Part shown: positions 1-10,600 of the stretch, one piece after another | Numbering within the stretch: position 1 is the stretch's first letter | How the letters are laid out: each line of letters starts with the position of its first letter | Assembly (NCBI GenBank): GCA_965214405.1 | Contig: OZ243956.1 | Span: 3,712,001-3,776,000 of the forward strand | Length of the DNA: 64,000 nucleotides | From: Trueperaceae bacterium | Lineage (GTDB): Bacteria; Deinococcota; Deinococci; Deinococcales; Trueperaceae | Direction: 5' to 3' | The notes under the pieces: generated by a model | What the model was told of the DNA's origin: nothing | Database searches by the model: none | What the model saw: only the letters and a program-made list of their open reading frames with translations | Made by a program: the position numbers and the translations under genes

Positions 1-2
1 AG

Positions 3-2633
3 GTGCGTATCGAGGGCGCGGGTGACGCCAACACGCCCCTCATCAGGGTGACCCTGTCGGCGCGGGCGGGCACGCTGGTGTCGCAACTGGATTTGGAGAG
101 CGAGCGCGACCGTATCCTCGCTCTCGGGACCTTTTCCGAGGTGAGTCTGTCGGTCGAGGATAGAGGCAACGGGCCTATTTTGTTTGTGCGCGTGGTTGAA
201 AATCCCTCCGTTGGGGAGGTGGTGATCGAGGGCTCGAGCTTTCCCAGCGAGGCGATTTTGCCCATTTTGGACGACCGCAACCTGGTCACGCCCGGAGCCA
301 CCTACGACACGCTGAACGCCGAGGAGGCGCGGCGCACCCTGCAAGAACTTTACCGCGCGCAGGGCTTTCCTTTCGACGTGCCCGTCGACCTGCGCGTCGA
401 GCCCATTGCAGCAGGGGAGGGCGGCGTAACCGGAGGAGGCGCGACGGGCGGGGCAGAAGGCGTGACGGGGGGGGCAAATGAAGGAAACGCTTCAGCAGGC
501 CAAGGTTTGAGCCAGGGCGGCGTGCGGCTCGTCTACACGATTACCGAGGACGTGCCCCTGGACGACGTGGTCTTTGAGGGCGAGACCGTGCTGGACGAGG
601 CGCGGTTGAGCGACCTTTTCCGGCCCCTCACGCGGGGGGACGCCTTCAATTTTGCGACCTATCAGGCCGCGGTCAACGCGGTAAACGAGGCCTATCAGGA
701 GGAAGGCTACCGCGGCTCAGGCGTGGACCCCGCCCGCAGCAGCCTCGAGGGCGGCACGCTCACGGTCGGGATACGCGAACTCCGCATCGCGGGCGTCGAC
801 ACGACGGCGATTGGCGTGGACCCGTCCGCGCTCTCGCTTGAAGAAGGCGACCTCTTTAACTACGACACGCTTCTTAACGATGTGAGGCAACTTGCGGCGG
901 GGCGGACGCAAGATGTGCGGCTCGAGACCCTCACCACCCCCACCGGCGACGTGCGCGTTGTGTTTCAGTCCGGCCCACCCGACTCGGCGGGTCCCGTTGA
1001 CGCGGTTCAAATTGAGGGCAACACAGTCATCCCCACCGACGAGCTGATGAGCCTCCTCACCCTCAACGTGGGCGACACCTTTACCTCAGGTCTGGCAAAC
1101 GAAGACTTTGCGCGCATTGCCGAGCGGTATCAGGAGGCGGGCTACCGGCTCGTGCCCACGCCCGACTTCAACTACCTCGACGGCACCTACGTGCAGCGCC
1201 TCCGCGAAATCAAGGTGACGGGCTACGACGTTACGTTTGAAGATAACGTGCAGCGCACCAACGAAGACGTCATCACGCGCTATTTGCCGCCTGTCGGCAG
1301 CGTGTATAACGAGAACACCTTCGTCAACGCCCTGCGCACCGTCGCCAGCCTCGGCGCGGTCACGCCGCTGCCCACCTCGCAGCCGACCGTGCCCGACCAA
1401 AATGCGCCCGACGAGGCGGTCTTGCGCGTGGCGGTGCGCGAGAACCAGACGCGGACCTTTCGCCCGGCGGCCAACTATTCGACTGACCAGGGCTTCTCGG
1501 CCTCGATAAGTTATGGGGATACCAACTTTCTGGGCTCGGCCCAAAACTTTAACGCGGAGCTGAGCGGGCAAACGTCGGACATCGGCCTCCTGTTCGGGGC
1601 AAGCGTGACCTACAGCGTGCCCTGGCTCTACGTGGACTTTCTCGACTTCAGAGAGGTGCCGACCTCGGTATCGGCCTCGCTCTACAGCACGGTGCTGACC
1701 AATCAGCCGCTAAGCGCCGACGGGAGCTCTCGAGCCTTTTATCCCGGCCTGCCGCCAACGGACGCGAACCGCGTGCGCGTGGGTGACTACACGCAGCGCA
1801 ACACGGGGGTGCGTTTCGGCATCGGTCGGCCGATTTTCGACAACACCTCGCTGCGCTTTGGCGCGAGCACCGCCTACGCCCGCTACACTTACGAACCCGG
1901 CGACGCGTGCGAGATTGTGAACGGCGCGGTAACGGAACCCTGCGCGCTGCCCCGCGAAGACGCGCTCCAGTACGTGCCGCAGAGCGGGTTGACGAGCTTT
2001 TTTAGCCTTTCGGGTGCCTACGACACCCGCGACGCCTTCGACTTTCCGCGCTCGGGCTTTGTCGCCACGAGTCAGGTCGGCCTCGGTTTCGGCTCGGACT
2101 ACCGCAACCCGGACACGAACTTGCAGCAGCGCTATGTATATGAACAGCTCGAGCTCGGCTTCAAGACTTACCTAAAACTTGAAGACGTCATCCCCAGCGT
2201 GAACGACCCCAACCACGTGTTCGCCTTCCGTATCAACGCCGGGACCCAGTTTGGCGGCGACTACCCCGAAAGTAAACGCTTCATCGTCGGCGACACCCCC
2301 GACGAGGCCACCGGGATTCGCGGCTACACGAGCAACGACTTCGGCTTGTCAAAGAGCTATGTGACGAGCTCTTTGGAGTACCGCTACGACTTCGGCCTCG
2401 AGACCGTCGCCACCCAGACGCTTATCGGCGTGGTGTTTACCGACGTGGGCTACGCCTCGAGCGTGCCCGGCTTCGACGACTACAGCGCGCCCCTGTTCGC
2501 GTCTTTCGGCGTCGGCGCGCAAATCAACTTCGGCTTCGCGGGCATCGGCCTGCCGCCCGTGCGCCTCGACTACGGCTTTTCCGAGCGCCACCGGCGGGGC
2601 AAGTTTAGTTTTAGTCTAGGAGCGGTTTTTTAA
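3..2633 (+). CDS. bamA: BamA/Omp85 outer membrane protein assembly factor (5' end probably outside window)
   Basis: Repeated POTRA-like segments (V.IEGN/S, ENP.V), NFLG motif, IRGY loop motif, C-terminal aromatic beta-strand ending in F. Confidence 0.88.
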   Translation: MRIEGAGDANTPLIRVTLSARAGTLVSQLDLESERDRILALGTFSEVSLSVEDRGNGPILFVRVVENPSVGEVVIEGSSFPSEAILPILDDRNLVTPGATYDTLNAEEARRTLQELYRAQGFPFDVPVDLRVEPIAAGEGGVTGGGATGGAEGVTGGANEGNASAGQGLSQGGVRLVYTITEDVPLDDVVFEGETVLDEARLSDLFRPLTRGDAFNFATYQAAVNAVNEAYQEEGYRGSGVDPARSSLEGGTLTVGIRELRIAGVDTTAIGVDPSALSLEEGDLFNYDTLLNDVRQLAAGRTQDVRLETLTTPTGDVRVVFQSGPPDSAGPVDAVQIEGNTVIPTDELMSLLTLNVGDTFTSGLANEDFARIAERYQEAGYRLVPTPDFNYLDGTYVQRLREIKVTGYDVTFEDNVQRTNEDVITRYLPPVGSVYNENTFVNALRTVASLGAVTPLPTSQPTVPDQNAPDEAVLRVAVRENQTRTFRPAANYSTDQGFSASISYGDTNFLGSAQNFNAELSGQTSDIGLLFGASVTYSVPWLYVDFLDFREVPTSVSASLYSTVLTNQPLSADGSSRAFYPGLPPTDANRVRVGDYTQRNTGVRFGIGRPIFDNTSLRFGASTAYARYTYEPGDACEIVNGAVTEPCALPREDALQYVPQSGLTSFFSLSGAYDTRDAFDFPRSGFVATSQVGLGFGSDYRNPDTNLQQRYVYEQLELGFKTYLKLEDVIPSVNDPNHVFAFRINAGTQFGGDYPESKRFIVGDTPDEATGIRGYTSNDFGLSKSYVTSSLEYRYDFGLETVATQTLIGVVFTDVGYASSVPGFDDYSAPLFASFGVGAQINFGFAGIGLPPVRLDYGFSERHRRGKFSFSLGAVF

Positions 2634-2634
2634 C

Positions 2635-2711
2635 AGTGATGAGTGGTTAAAGACAGTGGGTAGTGGTTAGTGATGAGTGATGAGAAAAACTAACCACTAC
2701 TCACTAACTAC
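2635..2711. repeat. Degenerate heptamer (AGTGRTK-like) tandem repeats with inverted copy; hairpin between convergent genes
   Basis: Units agtgatg/agtggtt/agtgggt; 2655-2671 is a 16/17 reverse complement of 2689-2705. Confidence 0.75.
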
Positions 2712-3003
2712 TTTCTTGCCCTAACAGCGCCCCCACCATCCTCTCCCACTCGTCCTCTAAAGACACGTCGGGTTTATCTCGCCCCGCGCGCTTGTACCAG
2801 TAGCCTGCGTTGCCGTCGTCGCCCTCTTTGCGGTGGAGGTAGGCGTGGACCCAGGCTGCCTCCTGACTTTCGTCTCCCTGCGCCGCCATGTGCGCGGCTT
2901 CCCATTCGCCCCTGGCGTCCAGCCACAGCGCCTCCAAGGGGCTCTTAAGTCCCGCGGGCATCACGCCCTTCTGCACCGATGCTTTGAAATCGTTCGTGTT
3001 CAC
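2704..3003 (-). CDS. Conserved hypothetical protein
   Basis: W.HAYLHRKEGD..NA.YWY..AG motif; start moved to GTG 3003, which lies 6 nt after a TATAGT -10 box. Confidence 0.65.
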   Translation of the reverse strand: MNTNDFKASVQKGVMPAGLKSPLEALWLDARGEWEAAHMAAQGDESQEAAWVHAYLHRKEGDDGNAGYWYKRAGRDKPDVSLEDEWERMVGALLGQESS

Positions 3004-3138
3004 CGTGACACTATACAAGACCCACGAGAGACAAACGCAAACTTTCTCGCCATCTCCTTGTCTAACCGCTCACCACTATTCACTCACCCCCACCCTCCGG
3101 GTTAGACTCAGCCATAACATTTCAAGGAGGCACCCCCC

Positions 3139-4302
3139 ATGTTTGAACCCAAAAAAGAAGACCGCTTCACCTTCGGCCTGTGGACGGTGGGCAACATCGG
3201 ACGCGACCCCTTTGGCGAGCCTACGAGAGAAAGGCTCGAGCCCACCCACATCGTCCAAAAACTCGCCGAGCTTGGCGCGTGGGGCGTAAACTTTCATGAC
3301 AACGACCTCGTGCCCGCCGACGCCTCGGCGGGAGAGCGTGACCGCATCGTGAAGGATTTCAAGGGGGCGTTAGACGACAACGGCGTGGTCGTGCCGATGG
3401 CGACGACCAACTTGTTCACTGACCCTGTCTTCAAGGACGGCGCGTTTACCTCCGCGGACGCCCGCGTGCGCGCCTTCGCCTTGCAAAAAACGATGCGGGC
3501 GATGGACTTGGGGGCCGAGTTGGGCGCGCAGACCTACGTCTTTTGGGGCGGGCGCGAGGGCAGCGAGGTGGACGCGACCAATAATCCTTTGGAGGGGATG
3601 CAGTGGTTTAGGGACGCGCTCAACTTCCTCTGCGAGTATTCGGAAGACCAGGGTTACGGTTATAAGTTCGCCTTGGAGCCCAAACCCAACGAGCCTAGAG
3701 GCGACATCTACTTGCCCACCGTGGGCTCCGCGCTTGGGTTTATCGCCACGCTGGACCGCCCCGAGATGGTCGGCGTCAACCCCGAGTTCGCGCACGAGAC
3801 GATGGCGGGGCTCTCTTTCGTCCACGCGGTCGCGCAGGCGATTGACGCGGGCAAGCTTTTTCACATCGACTTAAACGACCAAAAGATGGGCCGCTTCGAC
3901 CAGGATTTGCGCTTCGGCGCGGAAAACTTAAAGGGCGCGTTTTTTACCGTGAAGCTCTTGGAGGACACAGGTTATCAAGGGCCGAGACATTTCGACGCGC
4001 ACGCGCTACGCACCGAGGACGAAGCGGGCGTCTGGGAGTTCGCGCGGGGCTGTATGAGGACGTACCTCATCCTCAAAGACAAGGCGGAGCAGTTTAACGA
4101 GGATGCGGAGATTAGGGCGGCGTTAGAGCAGTACAAAGTTGAGGATGCGGAGCTCGAGCCCCTTACTCAGTCCTACAGCCAGGACAACGCCGCGCGCCTC
4201 AAGGATTACGACTTTGACTTGGCCGCCCTGAGAACGCGCGGGCCGGGTTTGGAAAAGCTCGACCAACTCACCGTGGACTTACTGTTGGGCGCGCGCGGGT
4301 GA
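3139..4302 (+). CDS. xylA: Xylose isomerase (class I)
   Basis: [34 protein letters not shown] motifs; SD aaggagg. Confidence 0.97.
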   Translation: MFEPKKEDRFTFGLWTVGNIGRDPFGEPTRERLEPTHIVQKLAELGAWGVNFHDNDLVPADASAGERDRIVKDFKGALDDNGVVVPMATTNLFTDPVFKDGAFTSADARVRAFALQKTMRAMDLGAELGAQTYVFWGGREGSEVDATNNPLEGMQWFRDALNFLCEYSEDQGYGYKFALEPKPNEPRGDIYLPTVGSALGFIATLDRPEMVGVNPEFAHETMAGLSFVHAVAQAIDAGKLFHIDLNDQKMGRFDQDLRFGAENLKGAFFTVKLLEDTGYQGPRHFDAHALRTEDEAGVWEFARGCMRTYLILKDKAEQFNEDAEIRAALEQYKVEDAELEPLTQSYSQDNAARLKDYDFDLAALRTRGPGLEKLDQLTVDLLLGARG

Positions 4303-5738
4303 AAGAAACCGTTACCCTCGGCCTCGACGTAGGCACCAGCGGCGTCCGCGTGCTCGCGGTGGACGAGCGTGGCGTGGTGGTGGCGGAGACGACGCGCACC
4401 TACCCCCTGCTGACGCCCAAACTCGGCTGGACGGAGCAGCGCCCGGAGGACTGGGCGGCGGCAACACTGGAGGCGCTTGCGGAGATAGCGGCGGAGCTTG
4501 ACGACTACGACATTCTCGCCCTCGGGCTGTCGGGCCAGATGCACGGGATGGTGCCTTTAGACGCATCAGGTGAGCCCGTGCGCCCTGCAATTTTGTGGAA
4601 CGACCAGCGCACGGGCGCGGCGGTGGCAGAAATCGAGCGCCGCGCGCCACGCTCCGAGATGATTCAGCGTACGGGCAACCCGGCCATCACGGGCTTTCAC
4701 GCGCCCAAGCTCGTCTGGTTGCGTTCTGAGGAGCCGGAGAATTTCGCTAAGACGCGCCACTCGCTCTTGCCGAAAGATTACCTCGGCTACGTGCTCACGG
4801 GCGAGATGGCTTCGGAGCCGTCGGACAATTCGGGGACGAACCTGTTTAACTTAGAAAAAAAGGCGTGGGACGAGGAGATTTTGGGGGCGCTCGAGCTTCC
4901 CCCCACCCTCTTCCCCCCCGTCGTCGCCTCGCACGAGGTGACGGGGAAACTTAAAAGAGAGGTCGCGGAAAAAACGGGTCTCCCCGCAGACTTGCCCGTC
5001 GTCGCGGGCGCGGGCGACAACGCGGCGGCGGCGACGGGGCTGGGGCTCTCTAGCCGCCACCCCGGACGGGGCAACGTCTCCCTGGGCACCTCGGGCGTTC
5101 TCTTCGCGCCCTTGAACGAACCCGAGCCCGACCCTGAAGGCCGCGTCCACCTCTTCTGCCACGCCGACGGCGGCTATAACCTGCTGGGCGTCACTTTGGC
5201 GGCGGCGGGCTCGTTGCAGTGGTATCACGACACCTTTGCGCCCAACGCGAGTTTCACGGAGCTTACCGAACTCGCCGCGAAAAGCACACCCGGTGCCAAC
5301 GGCGTCACCTTTAAGCCCTATCTGGCGGGCGAGCGCACGCCGCACTTAGACCCGAACTTGCGCGGCTCGTGGACCGGCCTCAGCCTGGCGACGACGCAGG
5401 GGGACGTGGTGCGCGCGGTGCTCGAGGGCGTCGCCTTTAGCCTCCGGGACGCGCTCGACATCATTCACCCGCTCGCTTCCCTAGATGAACTCCTTGTCAC
5501 GGGCGGCGGGGCTAGGTCAAAGTTGTGGCTGCAAATCGTCGCGGATGTGCTGGGGCTGCCGCTGGTGCGCCCCAAACAAAACCAGGGCGCGGCCTACGGC
5601 GCGGCGCTCCTGGCGATGCAGGGCGTGGGGCGGGTCGAGCGCGCGGCGGACGCGGCGAATACGGAGGTAGAGGAGAGGTACGAACCCGCTTCAGTGGAGC
5701 CGTATATGGAAGGGCTCGAGCGTTACCGGGAAGCTTAG
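4299..5738 (+). CDS. xylB: Xylulokinase (FGGY family)
   Basis: [26 protein letters not shown] motifs; GTGA overlap with xylA. Confidence 0.95.
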   Translation: MKETVTLGLDVGTSGVRVLAVDERGVVVAETTRTYPLLTPKLGWTEQRPEDWAAATLEALAEIAAELDDYDILALGLSGQMHGMVPLDASGEPVRPAILWNDQRTGAAVAEIERRAPRSEMIQRTGNPAITGFHAPKLVWLRSEEPENFAKTRHSLLPKDYLGYVLTGEMASEPSDNSGTNLFNLEKKAWDEEILGALELPPTLFPPVVASHEVTGKLKREVAEKTGLPADLPVVAGAGDNAAAATGLGLSSRHPGRGNVSLGTSGVLFAPLNEPEPDPEGRVHLFCHADGGYNLLGVTLAAAGSLQWYHDTFAPNASFTELTELAAKSTPGANGVTFKPYLAGERTPHLDPNLRGSWTGLSLATTQGDVVRAVLEGVAFSLRDALDIIHPLASLDELLVTGGGARSKLWLQIVADVLGLPLVRPKQNQGAAYGAALLAMQGVGRVERAADAANTEVEERYEPASVEPYMEGLERYREA

Positions 5739-5758
5739 TGGTGAGTGGCCAGAAAGAA

Positions 5759-7000
5759 TCAGGAGCGAAAAATTACGCCCTCGCGCCGAAAGTTGGTGTA
5801 GGCGAAGCCCAGGAGCAGCGTAACGTACACGAGCAGCGAGCCCCAGGTGATGACGATGGGGAGCGCGCTCACCGCGCCCTTGACGATGTCGTCCATCAAG
5901 ACGAGCACGTTGAGGATGGGGACGAAGTAGACGCCGCTGCCTACATCTAAGAGGTCTCTAAACTGTAAGCCAAGTGTGGGCAGGATGAGCAAAAAGGAGA
6001 GGGGCGCGACGTAGGTTTGCGCCTCCTTGAAAGAGCGCGCGAACATGGCGATGCCTAAAAGCAAGGCGGCGATGAGGGCGGCTAAGAGGAGACTCGAGCC
6101 CACCAGCATCACCACCGTCGGCAGGGTGATGGTGAGCCCGCCGCCCATGATGGCGGCGATGTCATTCGCGTCCGCGCCCAAGCGCGCACCGAAAACGCCG
6201 CGCAAGACGGTTCCGCCCACGATGTAGCCGATGATCGCCATCAGCGCCGCGGTTAGGCCAAAGGTCAGCGTGGCGATAAACTTGCCCACCACCACCTCGC
6301 TGCGGCGGATGGGGGCGACGAGGAGGACTTCTAGGGTGCCGCGCTCTTTCTCGCCCGCGGTCGCGTCGATGGCGGTCATCTGCCCGCCCGCTAAGGTCCA
6401 GATGGCGATGAAAAAGGGGATGAGCCAAGCTAACTGGCCGCTCGAGCGTTCCGCCGCCGAACTCGCGTCGATGGTCGTGAGGGTGACGGGCTCGAGCACG
6501 TTACTGTCGAGCCCCACCGCGCGCAGCCGCGCGCTCACGAGCGCGTCCCGATAAGCTGTCACCGCATCTTGCACCTTACTGGCGCTCAGTTCGGAACGCA
6601 GGTTGCCCTCCTTTTGGTAGAGGGTGAGCTGGGCTGGGTCGCGGTCCTCTACGGACGCCGCGAATTCCTCCGGCACGACGAACGCCACGGGATAATCGCC
6701 GCTTTGCACCGCGATTTCGGGGTTAAGCACGTCAACCAGGGTGACGTTTTGCTCACGTAGCGCCTCTCTAAGTTCCGCGGGAAGATTCTCCGCTCCCATC
6801 ACCGCCACCTCGGTTACCGTCTCCTGCTCGCGCTCGAAAAGGCCGCCAATGAGCAGGGGCAAGCCCAGCATCACCACGGGCAAGATGAGGAGCGGGATGA
6901 GCAGGTTCGAGAGGATCGCGCGCCGGTCGCGCAGCGTCGAGAGGATTTCCTTGTGGGCCACGTGCCACACCATTGTCGGTCTTATTGAAGCAAACCTCAC
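5759..7000 (-). CDS. ABC transporter permease, NatB-like
   Basis: AGEKERGTLEVLL motif, multiple TM helices, overlaps the ATPase gene. Confidence 0.85.
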   Translation of the reverse strand: MRFASIRPTMVWHVAHKEILSTLRDRRAILSNLLIPLLILPVVMLGLPLLIGGLFEREQETVTEVAVMGAENLPAELREALREQNVTLVDVLNPEIAVQSGDYPVAFVVPEEFAASVEDRDPAQLTLYQKEGNLRSELSASKVQDAVTAYRDALVSARLRAVGLDSNVLEPVTLTTIDASSAAERSSGQLAWLIPFFIAIWTLAGGQMTAIDATAGEKERGTLEVLLVAPIRRSEVVVGKFIATLTFGLTAALMAIIGYIVGGTVLRGVFGARLGADANDIAAIMGGGLTITLPTVVMLVGSSLLLAALIAALLLGIAMFARSFKEAQTYVAPLSFLLILPTLGLQFRDLLDVGSGVYFVPILNVLVLMDDIVKGAVSALPIVITWGSLLVYVTLLLGFAYTNFRREGVIFRS

Positions 7001-7755
7001 GCGGGCACCCTTTGTGATTGCGACTCGCTCAAATTGGAGCGTTCGACGAGGGCAAAAAAGGCGCGCTCGAGCCCCTGCACCCCCGCCTGCTGCTCGAGCC
7101 CTTCCACCGTCCCCTGCGCGATGAGCTTACCCTTATAAATAATCGCCGCCCGGTCGCAAAGCTCCTCCACTTCGCTCATCACGTGCGTTGAATAAACCAC
7201 CGCGCGCCCCTCGCTCGGGTAGGCCTTGACAAAGTCGAGCACCGCGCGGCGCGCCATCACGTCGAGTCCAGAAGTCGCCTCGTCGAAAAAAATCACCGGC
7301 GGGTCGTGCAGCACGGCCCTGGCGATGACGATTTTTTGCTTCATCCCTGTCGAGAAGCCCCCCGTGCGGCGCGGCAGCGTCTCGCCTAAATCCAGAAGCG
7401 CGTCGAGTTCTTTTATCCTCTCCTCAATCTGACGCCGTCCCATCCCGTAGAGCCTGCCGAAGTAGTGGAGCACCTCGAGCCCGGTGAGGCGGTCGTAAAG
7501 CCCCATCCCGCCGTTGACCACGCCGATGTGCCCGCGGACCGCCTCGGCCTCCCTCACCGTGTCGAAGCCCGCCACCGTGGCGCGGCCCGCGTCGGGCGTG
7601 AGGAGCGTCGCCAAGAGGCGCAGCGTGGTCGTTTTGCCCGCGCCGTTAGGTCCCAAAAGGCCGAACACCTCGCCGGAATGGACGGTAAAAGAGACGTTCT
7701 GAACGGCGCTCACATTGCCGAATGATTTGCTTAAATTTTCAACCTCGATCATCAC
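6997..7755 (-). CDS. ABC transporter ATP-binding protein, NatA-like
   Basis: GPNGAGKTT, FSTGMKQK, FFDE, STH. Confidence 0.9.
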   Translation of the reverse strand: MMIEVENLSKSFGNVSAVQNVSFTVHSGEVFGLLGPNGAGKTTTLRLLATLLTPDAGRATVAGFDTVREAEAVRGHIGVVNGGMGLYDRLTGLEVLHYFGRLYGMGRRQIEERIKELDALLDLGETLPRRTGGFSTGMKQKIVIARAVLHDPPVIFFDEATSGLDVMARRAVLDFVKAYPSEGRAVVYSTHVMSEVEELCDRAAIIYKGKLIAQGTVEGLEQQAGVQGLERAFFALVERSNLSESQSQRVPA

Positions 7756-7838
7756 TCCCCCTTGACACTCTCCCTAATCTAAACGGAGAGCATCATGTGA
7801 GACGTGAATCCTCCGTCTTCTGAGGGCGCTGGAAATCC

Positions 7839-9485
7839 CTAGCGCGCCGTGAGCGTGTAGGTGCCTGGGTCGCTCCCCGCGTTGTAGACGTCGATGTACC
7901 AGCGGCCCGCGTCGGGCGCGTCGACAGTGAGCAGCGCGCTCCCGCTGAGGGTGTTGTCGCGTTGCGTCCAGTCGCCGCCGTCATCCTCATCGGCGTAGCT
8001 CATGATTTCGCTCCCGAACTTCACGGCCAGATCAAAGTCGGCGTCCGCGTTCATGCGGACGCTCAACGTTTGGGTGCCCGGAGCGACGTCGACGAAATAG
8101 GTGTGGTAGCCCCCACTCAGCCCGGAAGCCGCGGCCTCGGCGGAAAACTCGCCCAGCGCGGTCTGCCCAAGTTTGAGCGGCTGGACGACGCCCGGCTCTT
8201 TTGTATAGACCGCTGCATAAGTCGTGGTGTAGGAGGTTACGAGGGTTGTTAAGCGGGTTGGTGTGGGACTCTCTGCGCCTGCGTCCGTGCCTAAGTCCGT
8301 GTAGGTCAGCAGGGGCGGGGCCGACGCGCGTGTGGGAGAGGGACGCGCCCGCCCTTCGCTTACCCGGAGGGTGTAGGGGAGCGGCGCGTCGCTCATGTTG
8401 AGCACGTCGATATAGAGCGTTCCCTCGGGGTGGCGGAGCGTATAGGAGGGATTCCCGTCGGCGCTCAGGTCCAAGTAGTCGGCGTCTGCGTAGCTGTAGA
8501 AGATAGAACCCGTGTTCACCGCCAGGTCGGCGTCGTGTCCCCCGCCGTCAACCGAGACGGTAAGCGCCCCCGTTCCCGGCGGCACCTCCACGGTGTAGGT
8601 GTGGTACGAAAAACTCTCAAAGGCGGGTTTGGGTGCAACGGTGCCCCTGGCGCTGCCGCCCACGTCAAGGCTCCCGTACGCGCCGCTGGGCCAGGGTCTT
8701 TGGGTGGGTGCCCCTCGAGCCGCCCTGCGAGCGCGAGAGGCCAAAGCGCCTCCGGCCCTCGAGGTGGTCACAAGGTCGTGAGCCAGATTCACGGGCCGCA
8801 GATAAGCTTGCTCTTCAAAGTCCTCTTCCTCGACCCAAACTTCCGTCGGCACCCCGACGAGTTCGCCCTGCTCATTGAAAGCAGCGCCGCCCGAATTGCC
8901 GTGCGCCAGCTTGGCGTCGGTTTTGAGCCACGCCTTGCCGCCCCCCACGTAGTCCTCGCCCAGCCAGCCGCTCACCAGACCGGAGGTAAAAGTAACCGTC
9001 GCACCCGAGATGCCGGGGTAGCCGACCACCACGACCTCGTCACCCGGCAGGAGGTCGTCTGAATCACCCATCGGTACGGCGGGAAAACGCACATCGGGCG
9101 AAAGGGGCGTTTCGTCGGCGTAGGCGGTGATTTTTAGGAGGGCCAGGTCGTTACCGGGGTCGCCGGAAATATATTCGGCCCAGTAGGCAAACTGCGGAGG
9201 CTGGTCGGCGGCGTCCGCCCGTGTGACGAAGACGGCGTGGTGCTCGAACGCCTCGCCCTTGTCCGGGTTGCCGACCACGTGGAAGTTGGTGAGGATGGTC
9301 CCGTCCGCACGGATGACGGTGCCCGACCCCGTCCAGGGCGCGAACTGCTGGCCTTGGTCGTCGTAGGGCACGATTTGGACGACGCTCTCGAGCATCCTCA
9401 CGCGAAGCTCGCGCGGCAGGCTTTGCGCGCCCGCAGGAGTAAAAAACCAGAATAGTATAAAGCACAGGGTCACGCTTCTTCTCAT
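7839..9485 (-). CDS. Secreted trypsin-like (S1) serine protease with two PPC-like domains
   Basis: TNFHVV, DLALL, GNSGG triad; two D.DL.V...G..YIDV.N repeats; signal peptide from ATG 9485. Confidence 0.8.
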   Translation of the reverse strand: MRRSVTLCFILFWFFTPAGAQSLPRELRVRMLESVVQIVPYDDQGQQFAPWTGSGTVIRADGTILTNFHVVGNPDKGEAFEHHAVFVTRADAADQPPQFAYWAEYISGDPGNDLALLKITAYADETPLSPDVRFPAVPMGDSDDLLPGDEVVVVGYPGISGATVTFTSGLVSGWLGEDYVGGGKAWLKTDAKLAHGNSGGAAFNEQGELVGVPTEVWVEEEDFEEQAYLRPVNLAHDLVTTSRAGGALASRARRAARGAPTQRPWPSGAYGSLDVGGSARGTVAPKPAFESFSYHTYTVEVPPGTGALTVSVDGGGHDADLAVNTGSIFYSYADADYLDLSADGNPSYTLRHPEGTLYIDVLNMSDAPLPYTLRVSEGRARPSPTRASAPPLLTYTDLGTDAGAESPTPTRLTTLVTSYTTTYAAVYTKEPGVVQPLKLGQTALGEFSAEAAASGLSGGYHTYFVDVAPGTQTLSVRMNADADFDLAVKFGSEIMSYADEDDGGDWTQRDNTLSGSALLTVDAPDAGRWYIDVYNAGSDPGTYTLTAR

Positions 9486-9728
9486 CTGATGCACGCTCTC
9501 TCCTAGAGAAAGTAAGGACACAAAGGTTTTTAGGCACGCTCTCACAGTTTTTCGTTCGTCCTACCCCAACAGCGTAGCCGTACCCCGCGCTTTTTGCGGT
9601 GACATTAGCGGAGATGCGGCGCTCGTGACGCGTTTCGCAGGGCGCACCGGTCAAGCCCTGCCGCGCCAAAGAGCCCAATCCCGAGCCCTAACCCGTGTTC
9701 CCGTCCCCGTCTTGGTATCATCTCCTAT

Positions 9729-10514
9729 ATGGCCGAACGGGACATCGCCGCGCTCGAGAGTTACCCCCTGGTGCCGCGGCTCCTTCACGACGTACACGAG
9801 GTGGACACCTCGGCGCGGCTTTTAGGCGAGGTGCGGAGCACGCCCATCGTGCCGCTCGTCGAGGGGGCGGCGCGGGGGGGCCTAGAACTCGCCGGGCTTA
9901 GCCTGGTCGAGGCGGGGGCGCTATTGGCGCAACCCGAGAGCTTCCGCTTTACCGAAGCCGTGCCGCTCCTCAAAACCGAAAAGATGGGCGGGCTCATGCC
10001 CAAGGTGCGCAGCTTAGCGGCGCGCGGCGTGCCCGCGGTGGCGTTGGATTTGAGCATTTTATCCGACACGCCCCCCTTTGGTAGTGAAGACTGGCGGCCC
10101 AAAACCCGCGAGGACTTGGCCGAACTGCGCGCCGCGGCGGGCTGCCCGGTCTGGCTCTACGGCGTCTGTAGCCCCTTAGACGCCGAGGTGGCGGTGGAGG
10201 CGGGGCTCGAGGCCCTAATCGTCCACGCCGGAGCCGGGTTTTATTTGGGCGGCCCCGCGACCATCGAGGTGTTCCCCGACATCTTCGATACGGTGGCGGG
10301 CATGATTTCCATCTACGCGGGCGGCCCCGTCCGCACAGGCATTGACGTGTTCCGCTACCTCGCGGTGGGCGCGGAGGCAGTCGTCGTTGACAGCGACCGC
10401 TCGCTCGCCAACTTGCGCGCCGAGTTGGAGTACGCCATGCGCCTCACCGGCTGCGCCACCTTGGCCGACATCGGCTATGAAGCCCTCTTCGCGCCCCTTT
10501 TCGGAGAGGTGTGA
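9729..10514 (+). CDS. FMN-dependent alpha-hydroxy-acid dehydrogenase-like protein, degenerate
   Basis: LVPRLL.DV..VDTS..LLG, VRTGIDV, EL..AM.LTG; catalytic SNHGGRQ motif absent. Confidence 0.7.
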   Translation: MAERDIAALESYPLVPRLLHDVHEVDTSARLLGEVRSTPIVPLVEGAARGGLELAGLSLVEAGALLAQPESFRFTEAVPLLKTEKMGGLMPKVRSLAARGVPAVALDLSILSDTPPFGSEDWRPKTREDLAELRAAAGCPVWLYGVCSPLDAEVAVEAGLEALIVHAGAGFYLGGPATIEVFPDIFDTVAGMISIYAGGPVRTGIDVFRYLAVGAEAVVVDSDRSLANLRAELEYAMRLTGCATLADIGYEALFAPLFGEV

Positions 10515-10567
10515 ATGACTTTTCAGCCTCCATTGCGTGAACCAAAGGCAGTGACTATGACTTCAAA

Positions 10568-10600
10568 ACTCACCACTCACCACTCACCACTCACCACTCC
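10568..10600. repeat. ACTCACC x4 plus partial heptamer tandem repeat
   Basis: Read directly; abuts the ruvA ATG. Confidence 0.9.
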
